In this document: piece by piece, positions 39,388 through 52,154 of the stretch
Layout of the letters: every line of letters begins with the position of its first letter
Position numbering within the stretch: the first letter of the stretch is position 1
Origin: Eledone cirrhosa
Taxonomy: Eukaryota
Direction: 5' to 3'
Length of the DNA: 64,000 nucleotides
Assembly (NCBI GenBank): GCA_964016885.1
Contig: OZ024742.1
Location: 310,496,001 to 310,560,000, forward strand
Position numbers and translations under genes: made by a program
Notes under the pieces: model-generated
Told to the model about the DNA's origin: nothing
Database searches by the model: none
Seen by the model: the letters and a program-made list of their open reading frames with translations, nothing else

Positions 39388-40532
39388 GCAGGTGGATTGA
39401 CAGAATCGCTACAGCATCGGACACCATGCTATGCGGCATCGAGTTAGGCCCTTTACATTATGAGTTCATATACCGCCGAGGTTAGCTTTACCTTTCATCG
39501 TTATGGGGTCGATAAATAAAACGCCGGTAATACACTGGGGTCGATTTAATCGACTTTCCCTTCCCCTTCAAATTGCTGGCTTTGTGCCTAAAGTAGAAAC
39601 AATTATTAATACTCTGCTAAAGACAGTGGATGGGCAGTAACTGTAGAGCGCCGCACAACATGCTTTGGGGCATATAGTTATGGACCTTTACGTTCCAGCC
39701 GAGGTTAGCTTTGCCGTTCATCCTTACGGGAACAATAATGTAAAATACCAGTAACGCACTGGGGTCGATTTGATCGACATTCCCCCTCCCCCTAGATTTT
39801 TGGCTTTGTGCCTAAATCAGAAACCATTATTAGTGAATTGGCAGTATCGGTAGAGGGTTGGACGCCGTGCTTTCTAGCATAGTTACGTCCCTTTACAGTT
39901 TGAGTTCAAATCCCGCCGAGGTTAACTTTGCCTTTCATCCTTACGGGATCGATAAAATAAAGTACCAGTAATGAACTGGGTAATTGCTGGCCTTGTGCCT
40001 AAAGTAGAAACAATTATTAATACTCTGTTATGTTAGGTACTGTTTAGCAACAGACGAGGAAACCTATCATTTAAAGCATTCTAGTCCTGACTAGCTCACG
40101 TGACTGTTTAATATAGCATGATTTGTGACGTGAGGGGTAATTTGCTGCTATTTTTAACAAGACAGGTGACCACATAAAACCTAGCATTTGACATTCTAGA
40201 GTTGAACCAGCACCATAACTGGTATTCCCGTCACAAGTCATATTCCTGATTTTTTGTCATTGGTGGATTGGCAGTATCGGTAGAAGGTCGTACACCATGC
40301 TTTGCAGCATAGAGTTACGGCCCTTTATGATATCAGTTCATATCCCGCCGAGGTTAACTTACAAGTTCGATAAAATAAAGTACCAGTAATACATTGGATA
40401 ATTTCTGGCCTTGTGCCAAAAGTAGAAACAATTATTACGAATTGAATTCCTTACCGAGGTCGATAAAATAAAGCACCAGTAATGCACTGGGATAATTGCT
40501 GGCCTTGTGCCTAAAGTAGAAACAATTATTAC
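39388..40532 (+). mobile_element. Tandem cluster of SINE-A copies (about 39388, 39622, 39832, 40261, 40452)
   Basis: Body and tail matches; spacer ATTAATACTCTG repeated three times. Confidence 0.88.
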
Positions 40533-40559
40533 TGTTGTTTAGCTCCCGGTCATTGTTAC

Positions 40560-40820
40560 ACAAAGATTCATTTTTATATATATACGACGAGTGTTACAGT
40601 TGACTGAATCACTGGAAGTGCTTGCCCTTGAAATTAAGGTAGATTCAACGTGAAATGGAGTGTGAAAACGCTGATACTTTGAAAGAAAGTTAAAAGTAAT
40701 TTTTCCAGCTGAATAGAATGGAGAAATATAAAATATCTTGCTCAAGGACACAACGTGCCGCTAGAATCGTATGTACGAACGTGACCCAAACACACTAATC
40801 CCTGAGCCACGGGCTTTCAC
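40560..40820 (-). mobile_element. SINE-B, diverged
   Basis: ATCTTGCTCAAGGACACAACG block. Confidence 0.5.
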
Positions 40821-40828
40821 ACACACAC

Positions 40829-40886
<58 letters not shown>

Positions 40887-40901
40887 ATATATATGTATAT
40901 A

Positions 40902-40983
<82 letters not shown>

Positions 40984-41496
40984 AAGAGATCGCAGGACAG
41001 AGGGACAGAGAAAGAGCGTTCCCTTGGACTAACTTTCCGAAGAGCTTAAGCTTTGAAAGAAATACCTTCTACACTACCTTCGTTGCCGTTAACTTTATAT
41101 ACATATATATATATATATATATTTTATTATATTATATAATATTATATTATATTATATTATGTTATATATATATATATATATAAATATATGTATATTTTTT
41201 TCGATATTATGCACGCAGAGAGTAAAATCATGACGGCTTCCTTAGGTGTTGGGAGCATGTGAGTATTTGTCTGCAGGTGATTTTCTCGTGGAGACACGTG
41301 TGAGCCTCATGTGTTTTGTTTATGTTTCATTTTGATTGTTTCTTATTCTTTGATATTGCGAGATGAAGTGTCAGTGATGGCAATACCACCCACCGCGCCT
41401 TGATTCAAGAGTGCTGCAAGCTCAACAAAGCGACACGATATGCATAGAGATGTTGTGCGGACTACTGCTGAAGAATATATATATACATGCACACAC

Positions 41497-41559
<63 letters not shown>

Positions 41560-41735
41560 TTATTTACTTATTTATTTACATATGTATATAAACATATTTA
41601 TATATATATACATATATATTTATATATACATATATATATATACATGTGTATATAAAATATACCTACACATATATATAAATATATATATTTATATGTAACT
41701 TTATATATATTTTTGTATAGATGTATATATATATA

Positions 41736-41781
<46 letters not shown>

Positions 41782-42286
41782 TTATACACACACACACACA
41801 CACAATATATATATATAACTTACATATAAATATATATACTTATATATATATATGTACGTATGTACATTTTGAATATATACACATACGTAAACACACGCAT
41901 ACATGGATAAGTAAACCCAAGTTTATAAGTATAATATAAGGGTTAGTATTATATATATTTATATACAAACACACACACATATATGTATGTGTGTATGTGT
42001 GAGTGTATGTGTGGGGAAGTGGTCATATATGTGCATATGTGTAACGATGCGCTCACATGTGTTAGTGTATGTATCACAGCATGAAGGACATACATCATTC
42101 TTACCTAGAACTCTTATTCTATTGTCAATTTGTAATATAGACGTATTCTTGTGTGGGCGGTTATGCATTTCTGTGTCTGATTCAACATAGTTTACTTGTA
42201 TACGGGTGATTGAACACGTCTCTGTTTCTATCGCTCTTTCTGTCTCTTGTCTTGTTGTCAGGGATTCTCTCGCTCACTCTTTCGTA

Positions 42287-42317
<31 letters not shown>

Positions 42318-42419
42318 CACATGTATACAGACATATACCTCTCTACATGTATATATATATATATATATATATTATTTTTTTTTCCGGGTATGTCAATATT
42401 TATTTATAAAACAAATCTG

Positions 42420-42485
42420 TATTTTATCTGATGAAAGCGCACCATAATTTGCCTTGGTTGCCCTTGAAATATGTATAATAAAATA
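42420..42485 (+). ncRNA. Type I hammerhead ribozyme
   Basis: UAUUUUAU-CUGAUGA-AAGcGCA.CCA..UGG.UGCcCUU-GAAA-U(augu)A-UA^AUAAAAUA; a truncated relative lies at 43187-43250 (-). Confidence 0.8.
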
Positions 42486-42525
42486 AATATGGTTTTATAA
42501 ATATAGTTTCCATTTATTAATATAT

Positions 42526-42584
<59 letters not shown>

Positions 42585-42723
42585 ACGAGAAACACCACCC
42601 TTTTGGCGACTATTTCTATTTATTATATATAATCCCATCTTTACTTATTGTCCAGTATGTCATTTGCTTCCTAATATATATGTATATACACACACAAACA
42701 CACAAACACACACACACACACGC

Positions 42724-42781
<58 letters not shown>

Positions 42782-42782
<1 letters not shown>

Positions 42783-42917
42783 GTAATAATAATAAATTTG
42801 AAGACTAAAATCAAAAGAGGGCTCCATAAGGATAAATATATATCAAATATATGTTAGTTTCAGAAGATCCCGTTAAGGGTGAAAGCAGCGATTGTTTGCT
42901 TAAACTTTAATCTGTTA

Positions 42918-42924
<7 letters not shown>
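42782..42924. mobile_element. Family A insert with inversion: tail (-, 42782-42852) joined to ribozyme arm (+, 42853-42924)
   Basis: Both parts match 46985-47146. Confidence 0.8.
42856..42906 (+). ncRNA. Hammerhead with CAGAAGA core variant
   Basis: AGUUU-CAGAAGA-uCCC(guuaa)GGGu-GAAA-GCA(gcgauuguu)UGC-UU^AAACU. Confidence 0.7.
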
Positions 42925-42959
<35 letters not shown>

Positions 42960-43125
42960 AGCAAATTATAAACGTAAACATGTAAGTATGTTTTTGAAAC
43001 GGTGCGCGAGTTTGAAATTAGAAATTAGAAATTATAAGCTTTCACCGTATTTTAGACTAAAGAAATTTCTAGCCTGATAGTGGGGTTTATAACCCTCGGA
43101 GAAATGGAAAAAGATGAGTGTTGCC

Positions 43126-43180
<55 letters not shown>

Positions 43181-43354
43181 GTATATACGCTATCATCAGA
43201 TAAAATACGAACTGTGTTTTATAAATTTTGACATAACCAAGGAAAATATACCTTAACGGTTCAAGTTTTCCTTAGATATATATATATATATATGTAATGA
43301 AGCCCTAAACTTCGGCTTTTGTTTTCCTTTTTCAACACACACACACACACACAC

Positions 43355-43463
<109 letters not shown>

Positions 43464-43927
43464 AAATTAAGATAAATTAAATTAAATTAAATTAAATTAA
43501 ATTAAATTAAGGGTATCATTCAAGATAGACATGCGCACTTTTACACACTTTTACAAATGATCCCCTGTGATTGTTTCATATGTTTATTTATATGTCAATC
43601 AATTTCTAGTTGATACATATATATATATATATATTTCCCAGGCTAAACATTAGACTATACAACAGAAAGATGAGGATCAAAATATCATAAATCCTGCATT
43701 CCCACGCACTATAGAATCATACGCTAGTAAAGACATCGTTGATACAGCCATGTTTACAATGAAAAGTTAGGTCTAGGTAAAAACATTACATAGCTTGCAC
43801 TCTTTAAGAACTATCTAGAACAGTCATTCGAGTGACGAAGAGTATATTTCGGACGTGTGTATATATGCATACATACATACACACACAGAGATACACATAT
43901 ATGTATATATATATGTATATATACATG

Positions 43928-43968
<41 letters not shown>

Positions 43969-44083
43969 CTGGGTGTATGTGTGTGTGTATTTGCGTAATT
44001 GTTTGCGTCTGTGCATAGATATATATTGTTGCAGTACTTCCTATATAAAAATACTTACACACACACATATATATATATATGTG

Positions 44084-44148
<65 letters not shown>

Positions 44149-44165
44149 ATATATATATATATATA

Positions 44166-44267
<102 letters not shown>

Positions 44268-44316
44268 TATATATATACACATATATATATATACATATAC
44301 ACACAGATATACATAT

Positions 44317-44356
<40 letters not shown>

Positions 44357-44587
44357 TTATATACATATGTCTGCATATATATATATAAATATATATATAT
44401 ATTTCATATACATATATGTATGTTAATTGAAGATGGGTCGTAACAACGAATATCTATTGTCTGTGGGAATACGCCGTTTTGTGGCGCAACCGGAAATTTA
44501 TTGAAGTATGGAAAGTGATGTTAGTATCTTTCGTGCAAATTCAGATAAATATTTATATTTTGAGGCTAATGAACTTTATAAATATAA

Positions 44588-44940
44588 TAATTGTTTCTAC
44601 TTTAGGCGCAAGGCCAGCAATTATCCAGTGCATTACTGGTACTTTATTTTATCGACCCCGTAAGGATGAAAGGCAAAGTTAACCTTGGCGGGATTTGAAC
44701 TGAGAATGGAAAGGGCCGTAACTCTCTGCTGCAAAGTATGGTGTCCGACCCTCTACCGATACTGCCAATCCACTGCCGGTGGATAAGGATTTCTACTATA
44801 ATGATTTCTACTATAAGCACAAAGCCAGTCATTTTGGCGGAGGGGAAAGTCGATTATAACGAACCAGTGCATTACTGGTACTTTCTTTTTATCGACCTCG
44901 TAAGGATGAAAGGCAAAGCTAACCTCAGCGGGATTTGAAT
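44588..44940 (-). mobile_element. Two tandem SINE-A copies
   Basis: Body and tail matches. Confidence 0.85.
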
Positions 44941-45000
44941 AATAATTACAACAACAACAATAACAACAATAATAATGGTTTCCTATATAGGCACAAGGCC

Positions 45001-45270
45001 AAAGTTGAGCGCATGAGGCAAGTGATGAGTGGCGATTGTCGGCTAAATATTCATCTGATTGCAAGTGAGCTGGGCATTAAACGCGACAGCATTTGGAATA
45101 TCATCACCGAGGATTGAACATGCTGAATATCTACGCGAGGATGCTGATGAAACTGTTGAACGAAGACCAGAAGGAGCGGCGTATGCAGCTGCATCAGGAC
45201 ATCTTCGAGAGTTTTGAAGCGAAACCAAACTTTCTCATTTTTCCCAAGCTCAAGGAAGCTATCAAGGGGA
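45001..45270 (+). pseudogene. Internally deleted mariner transposase relic
   Basis: KVERMRQVM..DCRLNIHLIASELGIKRDSIWNIITED / KLLNEDQKERRMQLHQDI..PNFL joined to IFPKLKEAIKG. Confidence 0.8.
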
Positions 45271-45756
45271 CAGTTGAAATTCCATTACCCGTAGCTTTCC
45301 ACACGTGGGTGGGGTAATACTAAATAACACCAATGAACAACAATATAACTATAGTTTTCAAAATTTAATATTTCATTGTTAGCTTGAAACATGTTCAATG
45401 GCGTACAGTATGGTTATGCTATCAGCAGGCCGGGTTAACAACCTTATATTATGATTTCCGTTCTTTCATTAGTTCATTTCTCTTAATATGTAGGACGCTG
45501 ACGCACATGGGAAAGGTTTTAAAGTCAAAACATCCCATTAATCCATTCATTTATATATATATATATTTACACACACACACACACACACTCATATATATAT
45601 ATATACACTCACACGCACACACAGATATATGTGTGTGTCTGTGTGTCTGATTAATGTAGGTTATTTAATATATATATATAATACATATTTATATAACAAG
45701 AAAAACGTTGAAGTTTTGTGTAGATGTATTTATCTTTTTATTCTGTATTAACAACT

Positions 45757-45837
<81 letters not shown>

Positions 45838-45847
<10 letters not shown>

Positions 45848-46113
45848 AGAACAAAAGATGGTTAAAAGAGTTCCATGTATTTTATTATGCGCATTTCAAA
45901 AACAAATATCATCATGCAATAATATTTGTGTTTTCATATAAATATGTTGATTTAAAACTGAACTATCCACAAGTGTTTTTTAACCTTCATAACATGTCTT
46001 CCTGTTTTATCTGATGAAAACACAAATATTATTGCATGATGATATTTGTTTTTGAAATGCGCATAATAAAATACATGGAACTCTTTTAACCATCTTTTGT
46101 TCTTATATATTAT
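45838..46113 (+). mobile_element. Fold-back insert, arms about 100 bp, containing a hammerhead
   Basis: 45838-45938 is the reverse complement of 46014-46113; the inverted arm stops inside CTGATGA. Confidence 0.8.
46003..46073 (+). ncRNA. Type I hammerhead ribozyme (PLE type)
   Basis: UGUUUUAU-CUGAUGA-long stem II (CAAAUAUUA/UGAUAUUUG)-GAAA-U(GCGC)A-UA^AUAAAAUA; palindromic GCGC loop. Confidence 0.85.
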
Positions 46114-46196
46114 GTATACTCCAGTCCTACAAACTGTAGAATGCTTCTTATCCGATAACTGCATTGCTTTATTGTACTACAATAAAACTCACCTCC

Positions 46197-46259
<63 letters not shown>

Positions 46260-46261
<2 letters not shown>

Positions 46262-46429
46262 CAAGTAAGTATGCTTTGAAACAGCGCGCGAGTTTGAAAT
46301 TAGAAATAGATTTCGCCGTATTTTTTTTACTAAAGACATTTTTGCCTGATAGTGGGGTTTTCCATTTCTTAGAGAGTCTAAACCCCACTATCAGGCTAAT
46401 ATTTCTTTAGTCAAAACATACGGTAAAAT

Positions 46430-46473
<44 letters not shown>

Positions 46474-46487
46474 ATTTTGCCGTATGT
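46260..46487. mobile_element. Fold-back insert family C; second copy at 42958-43128
   Basis: CCGTA..ACTAAAGA..GCCTGATAGTGGGGTTT mirrored by AAACCCCACTATCAGGC..TCTTTAGT..TACGG; sits in (TA)n. Confidence 0.65.
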
Positions 46488-46499
46488 ATATATATATAA

Positions 46500-46666
46500 C
46501 TGTTTCTACGTTAAGCACAAGGCCAGCAATTACCCAGTGCATTACTGGTACTTTATTTTATCGACCCCGTAAGGATGAAAGGCAAAGTCAACCTCGGCGG
46601 GATATGAACTCAGATAGTAAAGGGACGTAACTATGCTGGAAAGCATGGCGTCTGACCCTCTACCGA
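46500..46666 (-). mobile_element. SINE-A
   Basis: Body and tail match. Confidence 0.85.
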
Positions 46667-46667
46667 A

Positions 46668-46903
46668 TATATAACAAAGGAATTGTGGTAAGGAACCAGA
46701 TGGACCATTTCGCACCAGAGTACTCAATACTTAGGGTAGTAGAGTGGGAAATAGGAAAAAGTATGACCCTGACGGCAGAGCTCAAGCCGTTTCGACGGCT
46801 ATTTCTGGAGTAAATTTATTCACCAGGCTAAAAATTCTAATTTAGTCCAGAAATAGCCGTTGAAACGGCTTGAGCTCTGCCGTCGGGGTCATACTTTTTC
46901 CTA
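46668..46903 (-). mobile_element. Family B fold-back insert with the 3' half of a hammerhead on both arms
   Basis: Arms 46752-46816 and 46839-46903; GAAA-CGGC(uugagcucu)GCCG-UC^AGGGUC; upstream core decayed (CUGGUGA). Confidence 0.7.
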
Positions 46904-46922
46904 TATATATATATATATATAT

Positions 46923-47142
46923 ATATTTATTAAAATAACAGATTAAAGTTTAAGGAAAGAATCGCTGCTTTCACCCTTAACGGGAGTTTCAGGAGATCCC
47001 GTTAAGGGTGAAAGCAGCGATTCTTTGCTTAAACTTTAATCTGTTATTTTAATAAATATTTGCTCTACGGTTCTTATATATTTGATATATATTTATCCTT
47101 ATCGAGCCCTCTTTTGATTTTAGTCTTCAAATTTATTATTAT

Positions 47143-47146
<4 letters not shown>
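46923..47146 (+). mobile_element. Family A fold-back insert (most complete copy) with hammerhead at 46985-47035 (core CAGGAGA)
   Basis: Inverted arm 46923-46985, sense arm 46985-47146, (TA)n on both sides. Confidence 0.82.
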
Positions 47147-47240
<94 letters not shown>

Positions 47241-47865
47241 TCAAACACACACACACATTTATATACACACACACAAGTAGACATGCCTACGTTCTTAAAC
47301 AATTACATACGCACATACCCACGTAACATTTTTATATACCCAAGTTATCACCGATTACGACAAAACCTTTATTTTTTGTTGAATCCCGAGTCTGAAAAGC
47401 ATATCGGTTTTGGAATCTAGTCCATAAACTCCATCGATCACCTTGAGCCAATCAATCTACGACACGTGCGTAGCAGGTCGATATACAATAAAAGCATAAA
47501 TGCATGTAAACGAAACTTGTATTTATTTTTCTATTGAAAGCAATACAATGCTCCAGTTGTTTCATTTTTATTAAACATTTTTCGTATTTTTATGTTAGAA
47601 CAACCATCTTCCTAAATCTATATGTGTATTAACGCTTTGAGGTTTCTCTGTTCCACCTTCACAATTAAATTGCTCATACTCATGGTATATTAGTCACATG
47701 CGTAGCATGGGTTCTTAAGCATCATGAGAATGTTAGGAAATTATGTATGTATGTGAGTATGTACCTGTATGTATGTATGTATGTATGTATGTATGTATGT
47801 ATGTATGTATGTATGTATGTATGTATGTATGTATGTATGAATGTATGTATGCATGTATGTATGTC

Positions 47866-48335
47866 ACAACACCTTTCTAGGAGAGGGAAACTCTGAAAAA
47901 AAAAATGTGGCTTCGGAAGCATCTGATGATGTTGACCAGTTCTCCTTTTCAGGTAATATTTTCGATGCTGAGAGATTGGTCGAGTGCAAGGCCTTTCTCC
48001 ACTTAAAAAACCTTGAAAGATCAGGAATTGCTTGTTCGGGATATTTTACAGGTTCGTGTGGCTGGCCGTAGCCTACAAGTGCACCAAACTCTATAAACTG
48101 ACAAGCGAATGCAGTACTCTTAGCAGATTTTGCAGCCATCATTTATGTATGTATGCTTGTATGTATGTATGTTATAGCTACTGTCGCTCAGAGAGTGGGA
48201 TTGGCTCAGTGCACAATCTTTCTTCACTTTAAACAAATCTTAACGCACAGGCATTGCACGATGACATTAATTGATAATTATTAATAATGTTATATCGTGC
48301 AATGGCCATACTCGATAACGAGGGGCAGTCATCAT
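47866..48335 (+). mobile_element. Non-autonomous RTE-derived pieces in (TATG)n
   Basis: CTAGGAGAGGGAAACTCT..ATGATGTTGAC block and 3' end ATGGCCATACTCGATAACGAG..GCAGTCATCAT are homologous to 59401-59952. Confidence 0.6.
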
Positions 48336-48675
48336 GTATGTACGTATGTGTATGTACGTATCATGTATGTACATATGTGTGTATATATATATTTCTATGT
48401 ATCATAGTGTATATGTATGTATATATGTATGTATTGGGTTGGTTAGAAAATTTCCGCTGGAGGTATTTTGGCAGGGCTTTCTGGAAATGTTGAAGGTTCT
48501 GCATGCGTACATGTATATGAAGTAACGTACTATGTGCATTTCTCATTTAATATTTCGCCGTCAAAAGGTAAGCAGCATGTATCTAACCAAATCATTTATT
48601 CGTTGCTATTTACTTTATAACTTCAAACATTCTTACAGATTCACACACCCATACACAGACACACACAACATATAC

Positions 48676-48721
<46 letters not shown>

Positions 48722-48727
<6 letters not shown>

Positions 48728-48767
48728 TAAAATAACAGATTAAAGTTTAAGCAAAGAATCGCTGCTT
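48722..48767 (-). mobile_element. Family A fragment
   Basis: ATTTATTAAAATAACAGATTAAAGTTTAAGCAAAGAATCGCTGCTT. Confidence 0.75.
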
Positions 48768-49326
48768 GTGTATGTGTGTGTGTCTACGTGTATGTGTGTG
48801 TGTCTACGTGTATGTGTGCTGTAAACGTGTAAAAGTGTGCGTAACAATACCATCTCTACTCCTTCGTTCGTGAATTGTTGAATAGGAAAATGTTTTATGA
48901 AAGTTTTAATTTCATGGTCATTGCATTCTCTAGAGTCAATTTTTACTTCGTTTTCAGATGAGGTTCTTTTGAAGAGAAGGGAATAACAAAAAAAGGAATT
49001 CTGATATAGAATTCCTGATATAGAATATCTTAATCCCTCCTGAAATTTCAAGAAAGGTCATAAGGAAAGCATTTACACTCTTCTTTTTATTTTTTTTCTA
49101 TTTTTACTTTTTTTATAATATTTAATCCAACTTAATATGGTTCTAATATATCCGCATTAGATTGCTTGTCTTGAATTCTTTGTAGGGATGATTTAGAGAG
49201 AAGAAGCAATGTTAGTGTAAAATATTACGAGTTCCGTTACGGATAAGTTAGCAGCGTATCTGGGAGACAGAATATATATTATCAGCTGTCCAATTTGCTA
49301 CTAACGAGCGAATATATATATATATG

Positions 49327-49418
49327 TTCAAGACCCTGACGGTGGCAGAGCTGAAGCCGTTTCGACGGCTATTTCTAGACGTTATGGTCCACCTGCTTCC
49401 TTACCACACTTCCTTCTA
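49327..49418. mobile_element. Family B insert with inversion (ribozyme half on -, tail on +)
   Basis: Matches 46765-46808 and 8756-8790. Confidence 0.7.
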
Positions 49419-49490
49419 TATATATATATCCCAAGGCTCTGAAACCATCAACACCAAAAACACAGAGCTGGCATATCTAAGAACTGACTA

Positions 49491-49546
49491 ACTGCCTGAT
49501 GAGGTCATAGCCATTCAATGACTATCATCGAAATATATATAGTAGT
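49491..49546 (+). ncRNA. Type I hammerhead ribozyme (PLE type)
   Basis: ACUGC-CUGAUGA-GGUCAU..AUGACU..-GAAA-U(AUAU)A-UA^GUAGU; insert about 49430-49592 between TA tracts. Confidence 0.75.
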
Positions 49547-49587
49547 AAATAAAGGATTATGAGTTCATGCAATTGACTTATGTTTCG

Positions 49588-49642
<55 letters not shown>

Positions 49643-49712
49643 CAAAGAGACAGCAAACAGAGGTGCAACAAGTCTTGTCAGTTTCATGCTTTATATGGAA
49701 AAAGGGAAAGAA

Positions 49713-49750
49713 AGTTCGACGTGTCGGGCTCAAGCCCTTCTTCGGGAGTA
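49713..49750 (-). ncRNA. Decayed minimal hammerhead
   Basis: CUC-CCGAAGA-aGGGC(uuga)GCCC-GACA-C-GUC^GA; two core substitutions. Confidence 0.45.
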
Positions 49751-49871
49751 CAAATTAGAGATAAGATCAAAAAGGAGATATAGAAATAAGGCTGGTTCAA
49801 GTAAAGAAAAAAATAGAGTATATATACATATAAAGAGATATATTATATAAAGATATATATATATATATATA

Positions 49872-49977
49872 CAGGGTGCCCCTCACAAAAAAAAATGTAT
49901 ACATACTTTGATTACTTGTACAGGGAATATATATTAGAATGCACATCCTTTGTGTATACATTTTTTGGGACACCCTG
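49872..49977. mobile_element. Tc1/mariner-type MITE
   Basis: TIRs CAGGGTGCCCC..AAAAAATGTATACA and TGTATACATTTTTTGGGACACCCTG, preceded by TA. Confidence 0.7.
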
Positions 49978-50313
49978 GTTATATGATAAGAAAAGTTGAA
50001 ATTAATGCATGCAATATTTCACAGCTCAAGCATCATAGTCAGCCTATGAACGTTTCAGCGCACCCTTGTATATGTATATACCGATAGTAGTTTTGAATGT
50101 TACACAGTTAAAGTAAAATTTGAATGAAACATAGAGGAACTTGTAGATTCCTTCTCGGCTAAGTACTTAAATCCTGGAAAGATTAGCTAATAGAATTCCG
50201 TTTAAAGTGAAGTTTGTGTTGTTTATCTCGCTTGGTTGCTTCTGAAAAGACCTGCTCGCTGGAAGGCGTGTTTGAGGACTCTGCTCACGCGACCAACACA
50301 GAAATAAATGTGC

Positions 50314-50341
50314 GAAGAAGAAGAAGAAGAAGAAGAAGAAG

Positions 50342-50371
<30 letters not shown>
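50314..50371. repeat. (GAA)n
   Basis: Direct reading. Confidence 0.95.
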
Positions 50372-50372
<1 letters not shown>

Positions 50373-50499
50373 GTAAACCATGCACATGTGTCAGTATTTA
50401 GTGTTCACGTCTCAGTGTCTGTGAATATGTTTTGGTTTAAGTTCGTGAAGAGAGCAAATGTTGTTACGACTGTGTAACGCTAGATAAACTGCAAAATTG

Positions 50500-50729
50500 A
50501 GAGGTGGTGTTGTTGGCAAATAAGTTGCCAAGCCCTTCTATAATGGCTATAGGAAAACACAGCAGGAGCAGTAATTTTATTCAACATATTTTCTTCTCAG
50601 ATTCACACACTTATTGCAGCAGCGATCCTTCAGATTTTCTAAGCCCTGTAAAATGAACTCAGAAGGGTGGGTCTCCAACTAAGCCTCTGTGGCAGCTTAA
50701 AGCCAGGAACTATTCAGCACACTCTCGTA
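50500..50729. mobile_element. Mariner-derived MITE, diverged
   Basis: Right end GCCAGGAACTATTCAGCACACTCTCGTA resembles mariner TIRs (TACGAGGG..CTGAAAAGTT); left end is a degraded match. Confidence 0.5.
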
Positions 50730-50776
50730 TGTATGTATAAATACATGTATATCTGTTTATATATATATATATGTAT

Positions 50777-50842
<66 letters not shown>

Positions 50843-50864
50843 CCATGTACCAATATATACATAT

Positions 50865-51168
50865 ATCTTCGGTCACGAATGACCATTGGATTTCGACCTA
50901 GAAATTTTCCCTCCGAGGTACAAGTCCGGACAAGGTTTTTTAAGGAAGACTAACTGTCACCTATGCATACCAGTCTCCCCTCTCCTCGCCACCGATGTTG
51001 TCCAAGGGAAAGGCAACGGCCGATACAGCTTAGCACCAGTGACTTCGCAACTCATTTCTACAGCTGAGTAAACTGGAGTAACGTGAAATAAATTATCTTG
51101 TTCAAGGCCAAAACACAAAGCCTAGTCCTAGAATCAAACTCACAACCTCACGATTGCAAGCCTAACGG

Positions 51169-51170
<2 letters not shown>
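50865..51170 (-). mobile_element. SINE-B
   Basis: CAGCTGAGTAAACTGGAGTAACGTGAAATAAATTATCTTGTTCAAGG followed by a tRNA-like B box in reverse. Confidence 0.6.
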
Positions 51171-51229
<59 letters not shown>

Positions 51230-51639
51230 AGCTGACGGCCGTATGTATGTCACAACTTTTCGCCAAACGGCTGGACCAAACAGCACCACATTTGCACCAT
51301 AGATGTAACTTTTTCCAAGTAAGAAAGTGAGGGTATTTTTGTCTTCTAAATTTCGTTAAAAGATTAAAGATATTTTTCGTTTATTTAAATATTCACTTCT
51401 TTAACATTTTCAGATGTCAACACTTCCGATTATACAACATTCCTCTATCTTTCTTAGTCTGTCTTTTTAGATAGATACATAGCTATAATATCTGTATGTA
51501 TGTCTGGCTGTCTGCATTACGACATTATGACACTATCTGTGTGTGCGTGAGTATATATGTATATATATAGTGTGTATATATATATAGTGTGTAACGTTTT
51601 TCGAAATATTTACTTCTGCGTTCACAGATTGATTTTTTT

Positions 51640-51690
51640 AGTTTCAGAAGATCCCGTTAAGGGTAAAAGCAGCGATTCGTTGCTTAAACT
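51640..51690 (+). ncRNA. Family A hammerhead (CAGAAGA core; GAAA changed to AAAA)
   Basis: AGUUU-CAGAAGA-uCCCguuaaGGGu-AAAA-GCA..UGC-UU^AAACU. Confidence 0.55.
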
Positions 51691-51701
51691 TTAATCTGTT
51701 A

Positions 51702-51775
<74 letters not shown>

Positions 51776-51959
51776 TATATTCGTGTACAGATATTTTCGC
51801 ATACACAAAAACAAAATATAAACAAACGTATTTATTTCACGAAATCACAGACGGCTTATCGTCATTGTTACTGTCGATATGCCACCCAAACGTCCCAGGC
51901 TGGCCGCAAGATCAGATTTTTCAGAAGAAAAAAATGTTACTAGAGCAACAGAGAGACTA

Positions 51960-52154
51960 AGCTTCACGATTACCATCAACAAAGCTCAGGGTCAAACCCT
52001 AAAAGTGGCTGGCCTTCATCTGGTAAAACCATGCTTCTCCCTTGGTCAATTGTAAGTAGGATACTCTAGGGTGAGCTCGCCAAACAATCTCTTCATCTTT
52101 GCTCCCGAGGGCCGAACAAAAAATATTGTATACTCTGAGGCTCTAACAATGTAA
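51960..52154 (+). pseudogene. Helitron Pif1-like helicase C-terminal fragment
   Basis: SFTITINKAQGQTLKVAGLHLVKPCFSLGQL*VGYSRV..TKNIVYSEAL (helicase motifs V and VI). Confidence 0.88.

Noticed and set aside
41036-41450. Possible decayed hammerheads at about 41036, 41358-41450 and 48956-49050
   Set aside because: Two or more core mismatches and weak stem I; cannot be distinguished from chance by eye
47923-47929. CTGATGA heptamers at 47923, 6025 and 45144
   Set aside because: No correctly placed GAAA, stem III and NUH with a closing stem I; they lie within RTE, Tx1 or mariner sequence
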